Shown: positions 39,073-48,762, counted from the stretch's first letter. The stretch is DNA of 64,000 bases from Promethearchaeati archaeon (GCA_013166775.1 JABLTJ010000001.1:192001-256000), one strand, 5' to 3'. The notes: a model not told the origin generated them from the letters alone. Numbers and translations are program-made.

Positions 39073-39285
39073 TTACATCTCCTTGAATTGTGTTTTTTTC
39101 TTGTGCTCTGAAACAGCTTCTATAATTATGTTTTGAAAAGCTAAAGTAATCAATAAAAGACTTGTCTACTGACATAATAATGCTGTTAAAAACACAAGAA
39201 ACCTGGAAACCACTAAAATAGCTTTCCTTCTTATCTTGAAAGAAGAACACGATACCCCATTTTGGTTTCCTCAATATACAGGTGA
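39073..39285 (-). promoter_or_regulatory. structured about 200-nt leuS leader containing uORF MGYRVLLSR (39231..39260)
   Basis: Nested helices ACCTG/CAGGT, GGAAACCA/TGGTTTCC, AAAATGG/CTATTTT, TTCTTCT/AGAAGGA; second domain TTCTTGTGTTTT/AGAGCACAAGAA, AACAGC/GCTGTT, ATTATGT/ACATAAT. Confidence 0.55.
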
Positions 39286-39335
39286 TTGTAGCATTTATTA
39301 ATATTTTCTAATTTGTTAAAAACAAATCTTACAGA

Positions 39336-40424
39336 TTAATCATGTAATATTGATTTAAAAACCAAGTATTTTTCAACCAAAACTGTCATTTCTTCTTCAG
39401 TCATATTTGGATTTAAGTCAGCTAATATGTTTTTGATTCCTTGTTTAACGTATGCTGTAGGATTTTTACAACTAATTAAACAAATGAAGTTATCATGTTC
39501 CTCAATAATTAAAGAATAAACTCCTAAATCGATTTCTTTGGGAAAAACTTCTTTACCAATCAGTTCTCCAGCGAAAGAAGAAAAAGCTCTTGTAATGCTT
39601 GGTATCATCATTCCCTCCAAACCTGATCCTTTTTGAAGTGATGCTGAATAAACAACATAGCCATCTTTGTTATAAATAAAAATTGAGGATATTTCAGATG
39701 AGTAATAAAAAGCTTCAACTCCACCAAGGTAAATTGAATAACTCATAAGAAGAGCTCCCACAGCTACTGAAATTAATTCCATATGGAGCAAAACTATTTC
39801 GTTCGTAATTGCGAAGATTACTTTTCTTACTATGTAGATAATAATACTGGCAAAATAAGCAATAATCACACCCACAATCATAACTAATAATGTTTTTCTA
39901 TGGTTTTTTTCTAAGAACAAAATCTGTCTTATCAGGTAACCGAGTAAAACTGAACCTGCAAAAATAACTAGAAATCCATCAAAGAAAATCCACACATAAC
40001 CAGTATTAGCTATATAGAAATCCAGTTTACCAGAAGTGACCTCTTGTAAAATAATGCTATAATCAGATGACAAAGTTGTACCTACTAACCCTCCAAATAG
40101 GAAGAATGCTATAACAACAAGAGTTGAATTCAATAATTGTCTCGACGTAAGGGTTCTTACAAATAATATTGTAGCAACCATTGCTATCATACTACTAATT
40201 GTGTTGAATTTTGACAAGAATAATGCAGCACTTTCATTATGGATTTGGCTCACATAAACCAGTATCATATCCCCTATTATCCACAACATGATAAAAACAA
40301 TTAATGATATGAAATAATAAACAGAGGTTGAGGAAGTTTTTATTTGCTTCATAATTACTAGGATCAAACCAATAATAAGTGCGATGATTGAAAAAATACC
40401 TATCCCGTAAGACACCCAAACCAT
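39336..40424 (-). CDS. 7-TM membrane protein with C-terminal longin/roadblock-like domain
   Basis: About 7 hydrophobic helices, then ISSIFIYNKDGYVVYS...AFSSFAGEL...KEIDLG beta-beta-alpha-beta pattern. Confidence 0.55.
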   Translation of the reverse strand: MVWVSYGIGIFSIIALIIGLILVIMKQIKTSSTSVYYFISLIVFIMLWIIGDMILVYVSQIHNESAALFLSKFNTISSMIAMVATILFVRTLTSRQLLNSTLVVIAFFLFGGLVGTTLSSDYSIILQEVTSGKLDFYIANTGYVWIFFDGFLVIFAGSVLLGYLIRQILFLEKNHRKTLLVMIVGVIIAYFASIIIYIVRKVIFAITNEIVLLHMELISVAVGALLMSYSIYLGGVEAFYYSSEISSIFIYNKDGYVVYSASLQKGSGLEGMMIPSITRAFSSFAGELIGKEVFPKEIDLGVYSLIIEEHDNFICLISCKNPTAYVKQGIKNILADLNPNMTEEEMTVLVEKYLVFKSILHD

Positions 40425-40504
40425 TGAACGAAGTTTCTATTACTTCTTTAAAATATTTACTCAACATTCATGTTATCAGGAAAAAAAGATAAATGAGTGG
40501 TGTA

Positions 40505-42424
40505 TTATTCATAATTTTCCATTTGCTTGTGAATTTTTTCAATAAGATTCTTTATTTTTACACCGAATTCAACTTTATTTCCTCTCGATCTGACAGCTAT
40601 AGTTTGTGCTTCGACTTCCTTGTCTCCAACGTTTATGATATAGGGGATTTTTTGCATAGTAGCCTGACGAATTTTATATTCCATTCTTTCCCCACTTAAA
40701 TCTGCTTCAGCACGAATTCCTTCATTTTGAAAATTTAAGGAAACTTGTTTAGCATACTCTATGTGTTCATCAGTTATTGGAATGACAGTAACTTGAATTG
40801 GACTTAACCAAACTGGTAATTTACCTGCATAATGCTCTATAAGTATAGCTAGGAATCTTTCAGTTGCTCCAAAGATTACCCTATGAATAACAAACGGTCT
40901 GTGTTTCTGTCCATCTTCTCCAATATAGTTTATATCGAATCGATCAGGAAGATTGAAATCTACTTGAATTGTGGCTAGTTGCCATCTTCTTCCTATGGCA
41001 TCTTTGACATCTACATCTATTTTGGGACCATAAAATACTCCTTCACCAGCTTTAATTTTATATGGCAGATCCAATCTAACTAGAGCATTCTTGAGAGAAC
41101 TAGTTGCGTGTTCCCATCCTTCTTCAGTTCCAATCGCTTCTTCTGGTTTGGTGCTTATGAAAAATTCCCAGTCAGTAAAACCAAAAGCTTTGTAGAAATG
41201 GTTAATCATCTGAATAACATCAACAATCTCATCTTCTAGTTGTTCGGATAACATGAAAAGATGAGCATCATCTTGCGTAAAACTTCTAATTCTGAATAAT
41301 CCGTGAAGAGCTCCAGAAAGTTCATATCTATATACAGTCCCCATCTCACCAATTCTGATAGGAAGTTCTTTGTACGAATAGGTACGGCGATTAAAAATCA
41401 TCATGTGCCCTGGACAGTTCATAGGTTTCACGTACCATTTTTCTCCTTTCAGATTTACAGGAAACATATTTTCAACGTAATATTCCGTATGACCACTAGT
41501 CTGCCAGACATTTTCCTTGTAAACATGAGGGGTTTGAACGATTTCGTATCCTGCTTTTTCATGTTCTTTATTCCAAAAATCTCTCATTACTTCCAATATT
41601 GCCCTACCTTTTGGAAAAATAAGTGGCATACCTGGTCCCCATTCATCGGCCGTATCGAATAGATCAAGTTGTCTTCCAATTATGCGATGATCTCTTTTCT
41701 TCGCTTCTTCGAGCATATTAACGTGCTTCCTCAATTCCTTTGGATTGAAGAATGCTACACCATAGACTCTCTGCAGGGATTCTCTATTAGCATCAGCTCG
41801 CCAAAATGCAGCTGAAGCATTAAGTATCTTTATAGCTTTAACTCTCTTTGTTGATGGAACGTGGGGTCCACGACATAAATCTTTGAAAGCTCCATTTCCA
41901 TGCGAATAGAAGGAAACTTCTTCCGTTTCCATCTCTTTCAGAATCTCTACTTTGAATTTATTATCTTCTACTTTCTGATAATATTTGATAGCTTCTGCTA
42001 AAGACATTTCTTCTCTTAGAAATTTAGTATCTTCAGCTATTATTTCATCTACTTTTTTTTGAATTCGATCTAAATCCTCCTGAGTAAAAGGCTTTTCAAT
42101 ATAGAAATCATAGTAGAAACCAACAGGCTCTATACTTGGTCCTATAGTTGGTCTTGCATTAGGAAATAATTCAACAACTGCTTCAGCCATTATATGTGCT
42201 GCACTGTGATTAAGTACATGTAATGCTTCTTCTGATTTCTCTGTCAAGATCTCAAAGTCTGCATCATTTTCGATTACATAATGTAAATCTACTAGCTTTC
42301 CATTAATTTTAGCTGCTATGGAAGCATCTGCTAAACCTTGTCCAATTTGCAGTGCTGCATCTCGAACAGTTTTTCCCTTTGAAATTTCTAATATATTTTC
42401 ATCTGGTAAAGTTAATTTAACCAT
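40505..42424 (-). CDS. thrS: threonyl-tRNA synthetase, bacterial/eukaryotic type (TGS + SAD editing domain)
   Basis: TGS N-terminus, HSAAH, DLCRGPHV, KPMNCPGH, FTQDDAH and FYGPKID; SD AGGTGA before ATG 42424. Confidence 0.95.
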   Translation of the reverse strand: MVKLTLPDENILEISKGKTVRDAALQIGQGLADASIAAKINGKLVDLHYVIENDADFEILTEKSEEALHVLNHSAAHIMAEAVVELFPNARPTIGPSIEPVGFYYDFYIEKPFTQEDLDRIQKKVDEIIAEDTKFLREEMSLAEAIKYYQKVEDNKFKVEILKEMETEEVSFYSHGNGAFKDLCRGPHVPSTKRVKAIKILNASAAFWRADANRESLQRVYGVAFFNPKELRKHVNMLEEAKKRDHRIIGRQLDLFDTADEWGPGMPLIFPKGRAILEVMRDFWNKEHEKAGYEIVQTPHVYKENVWQTSGHTEYYVENMFPVNLKGEKWYVKPMNCPGHMMIFNRRTYSYKELPIRIGEMGTVYRYELSGALHGLFRIRSFTQDDAHLFMLSEQLEDEIVDVIQMINHFYKAFGFTDWEFFISTKPEEAIGTEEGWEHATSSLKNALVRLDLPYKIKAGEGVFYGPKIDVDVKDAIGRRWQLATIQVDFNLPDRFDINYIGEDGQKHRPFVIHRVIFGATERFLAILIEHYAGKLPVWLSPIQVTVIPITDEHIEYAKQVSLNFQNEGIRAEADLSGERMEYKIRQATMQKIPYIINVGDKEVEAQTIAVRSRGNKVEFGVKIKNLIEKIHKQMENYE

Positions 42425-42535
42425 CTTATCACCTGTAAAATTTTTCTCAAGAGGACCGCGCACCTACTTAACAGTAGGGAAATTAAAAAACTGCTATTTA
42501 ATTGTTTCATATTCACCTAGCATTGTCCTCAAACG
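42425..42535 (-). promoter_or_regulatory. structured thrS leader containing uORF MLGEYETIK (42494..42523)
   Basis: Closing helix GAGGAC/GTCCTC; hairpin CCTAC-TGTTAA-GTAGG; competing TGCTA/TAGCA and AATTAAA/TTTAATT; TATA-like TTTTTAAAT about 20 nt upstream. Confidence 0.45.
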
Positions 42536-42669
42536 ATTTATCTCAATTTCATTTAAAAAATTTATTACTTGTTCAATTTCCAGAAATTTGATGAAAAGAA
42601 GCAAAAAGTTAATATTATTTTCGTTTTCTTTGGAAACAGAAAATACCTTTTTGTATTTTGATACATGAT

Positions 42670-44220
42670 ATGGAGTTACTTGATATGAAACGGAAACATT
42701 TTGCTAGCCTTTCTATTTTTCAAATAATGGCTATGTTCCGAAGAGGTATTTTTTACTTTTTCCTTAGTATTTATCTTAAAGAATATCTTCACGTCTCAAA
42801 TACTGAAATGACATTGTTTGCAACTCTACCAATGATCGCTAATATTGCATCACAGTCAGGTTTATGGGGACGAATTTCTGATAAATTCAAGAAAAGAAGA
42901 CTCTTGATTGTTTTTGGGGAACTTTATGCTGCGATAGGTTATTTGGTTGTATATTGGATTCACAAAGGATACGAAAAAGAAGGAGCTTTAAGAGCTGCTG
43001 CATTTGCAATTATAATAGGTTTTACAATAGTTGAAGCAGGTTGGAGTAGTAGTAATCTAGGGTGGTCAACTCTTATTGCTGACCTGACAAGAGATTCTGA
43101 AAGAAGTAGAATAATGGGATTACTTCAATTCATCGGTGGGATTGGGAATATTTTAGGAGTTACAGCAAGTGGATTTCTGTATCTTGGTGGAAAAGGTTTT
43201 TCTGAAGGTTATTTATTCTTCATCTCATCAGGAATAATGATTTTTAGTATTGTAGCTCTATTCATGATACCGGAATCTTACGCAGATTTGGAAAAAAGTG
43301 ATGATAAAGAGATTGTTGAGCTCGTAGAAGAACAACAAAATATGATAAGGGAAGCAAAAGAGAACTCTGGTTCATTCAAATGGGAATGGAAAGTATTTGT
43401 CTGGCTTCTAGTTATCCTTGCTATAATTAATATTGGAGGAAACAGCATAAATCAAATGGTGAACATACACGTACGTTTACCTAGTACATTCAATGCTTCA
43501 GACATAATTGTTGCTCAGTTGCGGAATACTACGAATATATCAATGATTATTGCAGGTTTAGTAATCGGTTTTCTTGCAAAGAAATTTGGTGATGGTAAGA
43601 TGTTACTTGCAGGATTTGTCCTTGCTTTTATTGGAACCATAGCTCTACCATTTGCACCTAGCATAGTATTTGTCTTCGTCTATATGGCAACTAGAGGCTT
43701 TACAAGAGTCTGGGTACAAACAACGGCTTATTCAATGGTTAACCGAGTGGTTCCTTTAGAAAAAAGAGGAAGAATGATGGGTTATTATAATGCTACTTTT
43801 TACCTCTCGTGGGGTTTGGGAGGAACAATACTTACTGGTCCTATTGCTGATGCTATTGTAGGATCTAATTTGATAGTCATACTTACTTATACTATTCTTG
43901 GTATAATCGCAGTTGGAGCCTGGTCTTTCCTTATTATTTCTAAATTCACTAATATAAGGAGTAAAATGAAATTATTTATTGGAACTGCAATTGGGTGGTT
44001 TGGTCTATCCGGAGTTTTAGCTGCTTTTGTTGCTAAATCCTTTGCTTCATTTGTTATTTCCTACGGATCTTCAGATTCTTATGCTTACAAAGTTACATTT
44101 CTTATTGCTGCTGTTTTAATCGCAATAGGAACACTTACTTATATACTCTATCGACCCAAGAAGTATAATGTTCTGATTCTCGACAAAGCTGTTGGCACAT
44201 TGAATGAAGCTAACAGTTAA
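42670..44220 (+). CDS. MFS transporter
   Basis: WGRISDKFKKRR motif A; 12-14 TM helices; EKRGRMMG. Confidence 0.85.
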   Translation: MELLDMKRKHFASLSIFQIMAMFRRGIFYFFLSIYLKEYLHVSNTEMTLFATLPMIANIASQSGLWGRISDKFKKRRLLIVFGELYAAIGYLVVYWIHKGYEKEGALRAAAFAIIIGFTIVEAGWSSSNLGWSTLIADLTRDSERSRIMGLLQFIGGIGNILGVTASGFLYLGGKGFSEGYLFFISSGIMIFSIVALFMIPESYADLEKSDDKEIVELVEEQQNMIREAKENSGSFKWEWKVFVWLLVILAIINIGGNSINQMVNIHVRLPSTFNASDIIVAQLRNTTNISMIIAGLVIGFLAKKFGDGKMLLAGFVLAFIGTIALPFAPSIVFVFVYMATRGFTRVWVQTTAYSMVNRVVPLEKRGRMMGYYNATFYLSWGLGGTILTGPIADAIVGSNLIVILTYTILGIIAVGAWSFLIISKFTNIRSKMKLFIGTAIGWFGLSGVLAAFVAKSFASFVISYGSSDSYAYKVTFLIAAVLIAIGTLTYILYRPKKYNVLILDKAVGTLNEANS

Positions 44221-44242
44221 GAATATTTACTGAATTTACAGT

Positions 44243-45394
44243 ATGAATACTATGAAAATTGAGAAACAAGATGTTATTCCAATTCTAAAGAAGCTAATTA
44301 ATATTAAGACCGAAAATCCACCTGGTTTTACTATTGAAGCTGTCCAGTATCTTTCTAATATTTTCAATGAAGTTGGGATAAAAAATAGAATCCAAGCATA
44401 TGGAGAAAAAAGAGCTAATATTATTGCGGAATATGGTGAGGGAGAAAAGACGATTATTCTAACTGGGCATCTCGATACGATTCCAGCAGGTGATGAAACT
44501 AAATGGAAATTTCCTCCTTTTTCAGGAAAAGAAGAAGAAGGAAGAATCTATGGTAGAGGATCAACTGATATGAAAGGAGCAATTGCTGCATATGTTGCAG
44601 TAATGACTCTATTGAAGCAAAAGAACGTGAAATTAAGTAAGAAAGTTATCTTTCTCGGAACATCTGATGAAGAACTAAACATGGATGGGTCTCTATTTGC
44701 AAAAAATGAAGGGATAATGGAGGGATGTGAGTTTGTCGTAATTGGTGAACCAACAGAGTTGAAAATTGGGGTAGCTGAAAAAGGAACTTTGTGGATTAAG
44801 ATAAGGATTGAAGGAAAGTCTGCTCATGGATCAACTCCTCATTTAGGTGTCAGTGCAATTGAAGCAGCAGCTAAATTAATTCCAGATTTAAAGGAAGTAG
44901 TGCCAGCTTTTGAACATAAGATTCTAGGAAAATCCTCTCTGAATATAGGTAAAATTTCAGGCGGAACTGTTGTAAATGTGGTTCCAGAACTCTGCGAAAT
45001 TGAATGCGATTTTAGACTAGTAGCTGACGATCTTCGCGATGAGATTAAGGAAAAATTCAATGCTGTTCTTAATAAATTCAATCAAGAGGAAGAAGCGAAG
45101 GCCAGTTTCGCAATTTTACATGAGCTACCTGCTATAGAAATGAAATATGTATCAAAATTCTTAGAGGATCTTAAGATTAAAGCAAAGAAAGCAGGTGCAG
45201 CAGAAATAATTGGTGTTAATTATGGAACTGATGGTGCTATGTTAGTTCCTGATTATGGAACACCATTTGTAATTATGGGGCCAGGAAAATTAGATCAATT
45301 ACATGTAACTGATGAATACACGGAAATAGAAGAAGTAATTGACTACGCAAACATAATTTATGAAGCTTTAATAGACAATTTTTCTGTGACATGA
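44243..45394 (+). CDS. M20 family metallohydrolase (ArgE/DapE-like)
   Basis: GHLDT, GRGSTDMKG, DEE, GEPT, SAHGSTP and QLHVTDE. Confidence 0.88.
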   Translation: MNTMKIEKQDVIPILKKLINIKTENPPGFTIEAVQYLSNIFNEVGIKNRIQAYGEKRANIIAEYGEGEKTIILTGHLDTIPAGDETKWKFPPFSGKEEEGRIYGRGSTDMKGAIAAYVAVMTLLKQKNVKLSKKVIFLGTSDEELNMDGSLFAKNEGIMEGCEFVVIGEPTELKIGVAEKGTLWIKIRIEGKSAHGSTPHLGVSAIEAAAKLIPDLKEVVPAFEHKILGKSSLNIGKISGGTVVNVVPELCEIECDFRLVADDLRDEIKEKFNAVLNKFNQEEEAKASFAILHELPAIEMKYVSKFLEDLKIKAKKAGAAEIIGVNYGTDGAMLVPDYGTPFVIMGPGKLDQLHVTDEYTEIEEVIDYANIIYEALIDNFSVT

Positions 45395-45479
45395 GCTAAA
45401 ATCCTTTTTTTCCTCTTTTGTTCGGGAAATGCAAATATTAAAAAGAAAGAATGAGCCATAATTACCTTGAAACTGGAAT

Positions 45480-46346
45480 GTGTTTCAGATTAACGCTAAT
45501 CACTCAAATCAAGAAAAATTCAAAGAAAGATATCAGAAATTGATTAAGATTACTGATATTTCAAAAAAAATTCAAAGAGATGATATTAGTCTACCTCCTA
45601 ATGAATCTCGTATATTACTAGACTTTGAAGAAGCTATTTTGGAATGTATGAATTATTCTTGGGAAATAGACTCCATGCTAGAAGATGAAAATCTCTCACC
45701 TTATGAGTATGATCAATTAGTTTCCCGTCTGGAAAAACTATCTGAAGTAATTGATATTCTGTTGGAAAAACACAAGAGCAATGTCGAAACTCTAAACAAA
45801 GTTATTTCAATTTATAAGATTTTAAAGAGTCTAATTAAGGAAATTCAATTTGTTGAAGATATAGTAATTATCTTAACAAAGACGTACACCGTTGAAAAGA
45901 AAACTGCTTACACAATTAATGAAAGTGAATATTTGATTGCTCTAGAGGCTTTAGATTCGTTCTTTAAGAAGAGCAAAATTAAGGCAGAGGAAAGAAAAGA
46001 ATCCAAATTAGAAAGAGAATTACTTGAGCTTGCTAAAATTATTGGGAAACTAGAAGAAAAACATGCCTTCAATTCACTTTATACTTCCCCAACAATCTTA
46101 ATGAATGAAATCATTTCTTCTCTGGAAATCCTTGAAGCGATGATAGAACCCTTCTATCATATGGTTAAAGGTAATTACTATTCAGAAGAAATTAGTTCTG
46201 CAAAAATTGGTTTAGTTCTACTCTCTCAAAATAAAGAACTTGATGTTGGTGAAACTATTAAGATACGAGGTTTATTTAGTAGAAAAAGAGGAATTGAGGA
46301 ATTAGAAGAATTGAGTGATGTTTTACGTTCTTTAGAAATCGATTAA
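45480..46346 (+). CDS. helical/coiled-coil hypothetical protein
   Basis: Long ORF rich in E/K/L/I; no recognised motif. Confidence 0.6.
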   Translation: MFQINANHSNQEKFKERYQKLIKITDISKKIQRDDISLPPNESRILLDFEEAILECMNYSWEIDSMLEDENLSPYEYDQLVSRLEKLSEVIDILLEKHKSNVETLNKVISIYKILKSLIKEIQFVEDIVIILTKTYTVEKKTAYTINESEYLIALEALDSFFKKSKIKAEERKESKLERELLELAKIIGKLEEKHAFNSLYTSPTILMNEIISSLEILEAMIEPFYHMVKGNYYSEEISSAKIGLVLLSQNKELDVGETIKIRGLFSRKRGIEELEELSDVLRSLEID

Positions 46347-46398
46347 CTTTTGTTTTTTCAAGAATAAAGTTTTTAACAAATACATTAAAATTGAGTGT

Positions 46399-47871
46399 AT
46401 GCAAGAAAGCTCCAGTAATTTAGAAGACCTTGTAGCTTACGGAATTAAGTGTTGCGAGAAAAAGGGAGTAGAGTATGCTGATGTAAAATATATGGATACA
46501 AGAATGCAAAATATATCTTACAAGAATGAAGCTTTAGAACAGCTAAGTAATATCGATAAGCGAGGTATAGGGATTAGATGTATACTAAATAAGAGTTGGG
46601 GATTCGCTAGTACAAATGAGTTAACAAGAGATAGCATTACTGAATTAGCGGAAAAAGCAATGAAGATTACGAAGGCTTCTTCAATGGTTAAGAAATTTGA
46701 TATTGAACTTGCTGACGAACCTGTTCATGAAGATAATAAAATGACCCCCATTAAGAAAGATCCTTTTAAAATTGAGTTAGCTGAAAAAATGGATGTTCTT
46801 CAGCAAAGTGCTAAAATAATACGTGAATATTCAGATAGAATCAAAGTAGCTACTAGTCATTTTGTTAGTAGACAAGATCATATGATATTGTATACAACTG
46901 AAGGATCAAAAATAGATCAAACTATTCTTTGGTGTGGTGGAGGAGTATCTGCAACAGCAGTTGAAGGTGGAGAAGTACAAACACGTAGTTTACCAGCAAG
47001 TTTCAGAGGTGATTTTCACACTGAGGGTTATGAATACTTTGAGAATTTAAAACTCATAGAAATTTCAGAACAAACAGCTAAAGAATCTGTAAAGCTTTTA
47101 TCAGCAAAGAAGATGCCTACTGAACAAGCTACTGTAATATTAGGTCACTCTCAATTAGCACTACAGGTTCATGAGAGCTGTGGTCACCCAACTGAACTGG
47201 ATAGAGCTTTAGGGTATGAAGCTGCTTATGCTGGAACAAGTTTCCTAACAACAGACCTACTAGATACCAATTTCAAATATGGAAACGAATTAGTAACAAT
47301 GGTTGCTGATGCTACGGTTCTTGGAGGATTGGGCACTTTCTTCTATGATCACGAAGGTGTTAAAGCTCAAAGAAATATCATGGTCGATAAAGGAATTTTT
47401 ACAGGCTTTATGTCCTCAAGAGAAACTGCAAAAGCCATAGGATTGAATAGAAGTTCTGGTGCTGCGAGATCAATGGGATATGATAGAATTCCTATTGTAA
47501 GAATGACTAATGTTAATCTAGAACCTGGAGACTGGGAATTTGATGAACTAATTGGTGATACAAAGAAAGGATATTTCTTGGAAACTAATAGAAGCTGGAG
47601 TATAGATGATATCCGAATGAATTTCCAATTTGGTACTGAAATAGGTTGGAAAATAGAAAACGGAGAAATGACCGAAATGATAAAGAATCCTACATATGAA
47701 GGAATAACACCAGAATTTTGGGGAAATGTTAGTGGAATATGTAATAAAAACCATTGGAAGATTTTTGGAACACCAAACTGTGGAAAAGGAGAACCTGGAC
47801 AAGCAGCTTACGTAGGTCATGGAATCGCTCCTACAAGATTCGATAATGTTCGTGTAGGAATTCTAAAATAA
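46399..47871 (+). CDS. tldD: TldD metalloprotease subunit
   Basis: VHESCGHPTELD (HExxxH), RMTNVNL and CGKGEPGQ. Confidence 0.9.
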   Translation: MQESSSNLEDLVAYGIKCCEKKGVEYADVKYMDTRMQNISYKNEALEQLSNIDKRGIGIRCILNKSWGFASTNELTRDSITELAEKAMKITKASSMVKKFDIELADEPVHEDNKMTPIKKDPFKIELAEKMDVLQQSAKIIREYSDRIKVATSHFVSRQDHMILYTTEGSKIDQTILWCGGGVSATAVEGGEVQTRSLPASFRGDFHTEGYEYFENLKLIEISEQTAKESVKLLSAKKMPTEQATVILGHSQLALQVHESCGHPTELDRALGYEAAYAGTSFLTTDLLDTNFKYGNELVTMVADATVLGGLGTFFYDHEGVKAQRNIMVDKGIFTGFMSSRETAKAIGLNRSSGAARSMGYDRIPIVRMTNVNLEPGDWEFDELIGDTKKGYFLETNRSWSIDDIRMNFQFGTEIGWKIENGEMTEMIKNPTYEGITPEFWGNVSGICNKNHWKIFGTPNCGKGEPGQAAYVGHGIAPTRFDNVRVGILK

Positions 47872-48762
47872 AATATTCCGAATAAACTCTCCTATTTTCT
47901 TTATAGCTTTCTTGCTCTCAGGCATGAGATTTCCAAAAATTTGAAACACATGCCACATTCCTGGCCAAATGTCAGCTGTTACATCCACTTTTGCTTTTAT
48001 TGCTTTTTCAGCGAAGCGTGTCGTATCATCAAGAATAATCTCTTCTGTACCTGTTTGTAGTAATAGAGGTGGTAATCCTTCTAAATCTGCATAAAGTGGA
48101 GAAGCTAGCGGATTCTTACTGTCTGTGCCCTTAAGATATATTTCAGCTGATTGTTGAAGTTCAATCTTAGTTGCCATTATTTCCTCCTTTGTTTTCGTCT
48201 CAACAGAATCACCAGTTAATGCTAAATCTGTCCAAGGAGATAGACATACTGCAGCAGCTGGAAGAGATATAGTTTCCTCACGTAGTTTGATCAAAGTTGC
48301 TAGTGCTAATCCTCCACCAGCAGAATCTCCCGCAATTATTATTTTGTTGGACTTAATCCCTTTTTGATCTATTAACCATTTGTAAGCAGTAATTACATCC
48401 TCTAAACCAGCTGGAAATGGATTTTCTGGGGCAAGACTGTAATCCAGACACAGGACTGGAATTTCTGAAGTTTTACCTATGCGAGCTGCTATACCTCGAT
48501 GAGTATTTAGGGAACCTGCATTATAAGATCCTCCGTGTAGATATATGATTGCGCAATCTTTGTAACTCTTTGGAGGAAACAGCCACTCACCAGAAATTCC
48601 TTCGATCGATACTTGTTCAACTTTTACATTTTTTGGCTTTCGAAATAGAAAAACTCTGTTTTCTAGATTTTTTCTGTTTTCTTCTACATTCAAAATACCT
48701 TCATCTTTCATTGACATTAATCTCATGATTATGATGAATAATCTTGCACGTAAGCTAACCAT
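47863..48762 (-). CDS. HSL-family alpha/beta hydrolase (esterase/lipase)
   Basis: YLHGG oxyanion motif, GDSAGG, LSPWTDL and GMWHVF. Confidence 0.9.
   Translation of the reverse strand: MVSLRARLFIIIMRLMSMKDEGILNVEENRKNLENRVFLFRKPKNVKVEQVSIEGISGEWLFPPKSYKDCAIIYLHGGSYNAGSLNTHRGIAARIGKTSEIPVLCLDYSLAPENPFPAGLEDVITAYKWLIDQKGIKSNKIIIAGDSAGGGLALATLIKLREETISLPAAAVCLSPWTDLALTGDSVETKTKEEIMATKIELQQSAEIYLKGTDSKNPLASPLYADLEGLPPLLLQTGTEEIILDDTTRFAEKAIKAKVDVTADIWPGMWHVFQIFGNLMPESKKAIKKIGEFIRNILF

Noticed and set aside
39195-39225. T-box riboswitch call for the leuS leader
   Set aside because: TTAGTGGTTTCC only loosely resembles GGTGGNACC; no AG bulge, GNUG loop or specifier loop was identified. Kept as an unclassified leader.
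39053-39274. 73-aa minus-strand ORF over the leuS leader
   Set aside because: TTG start without an SD, overlaps the leuS start out of frame, and the extensive pairing is better explained by RNA structure.
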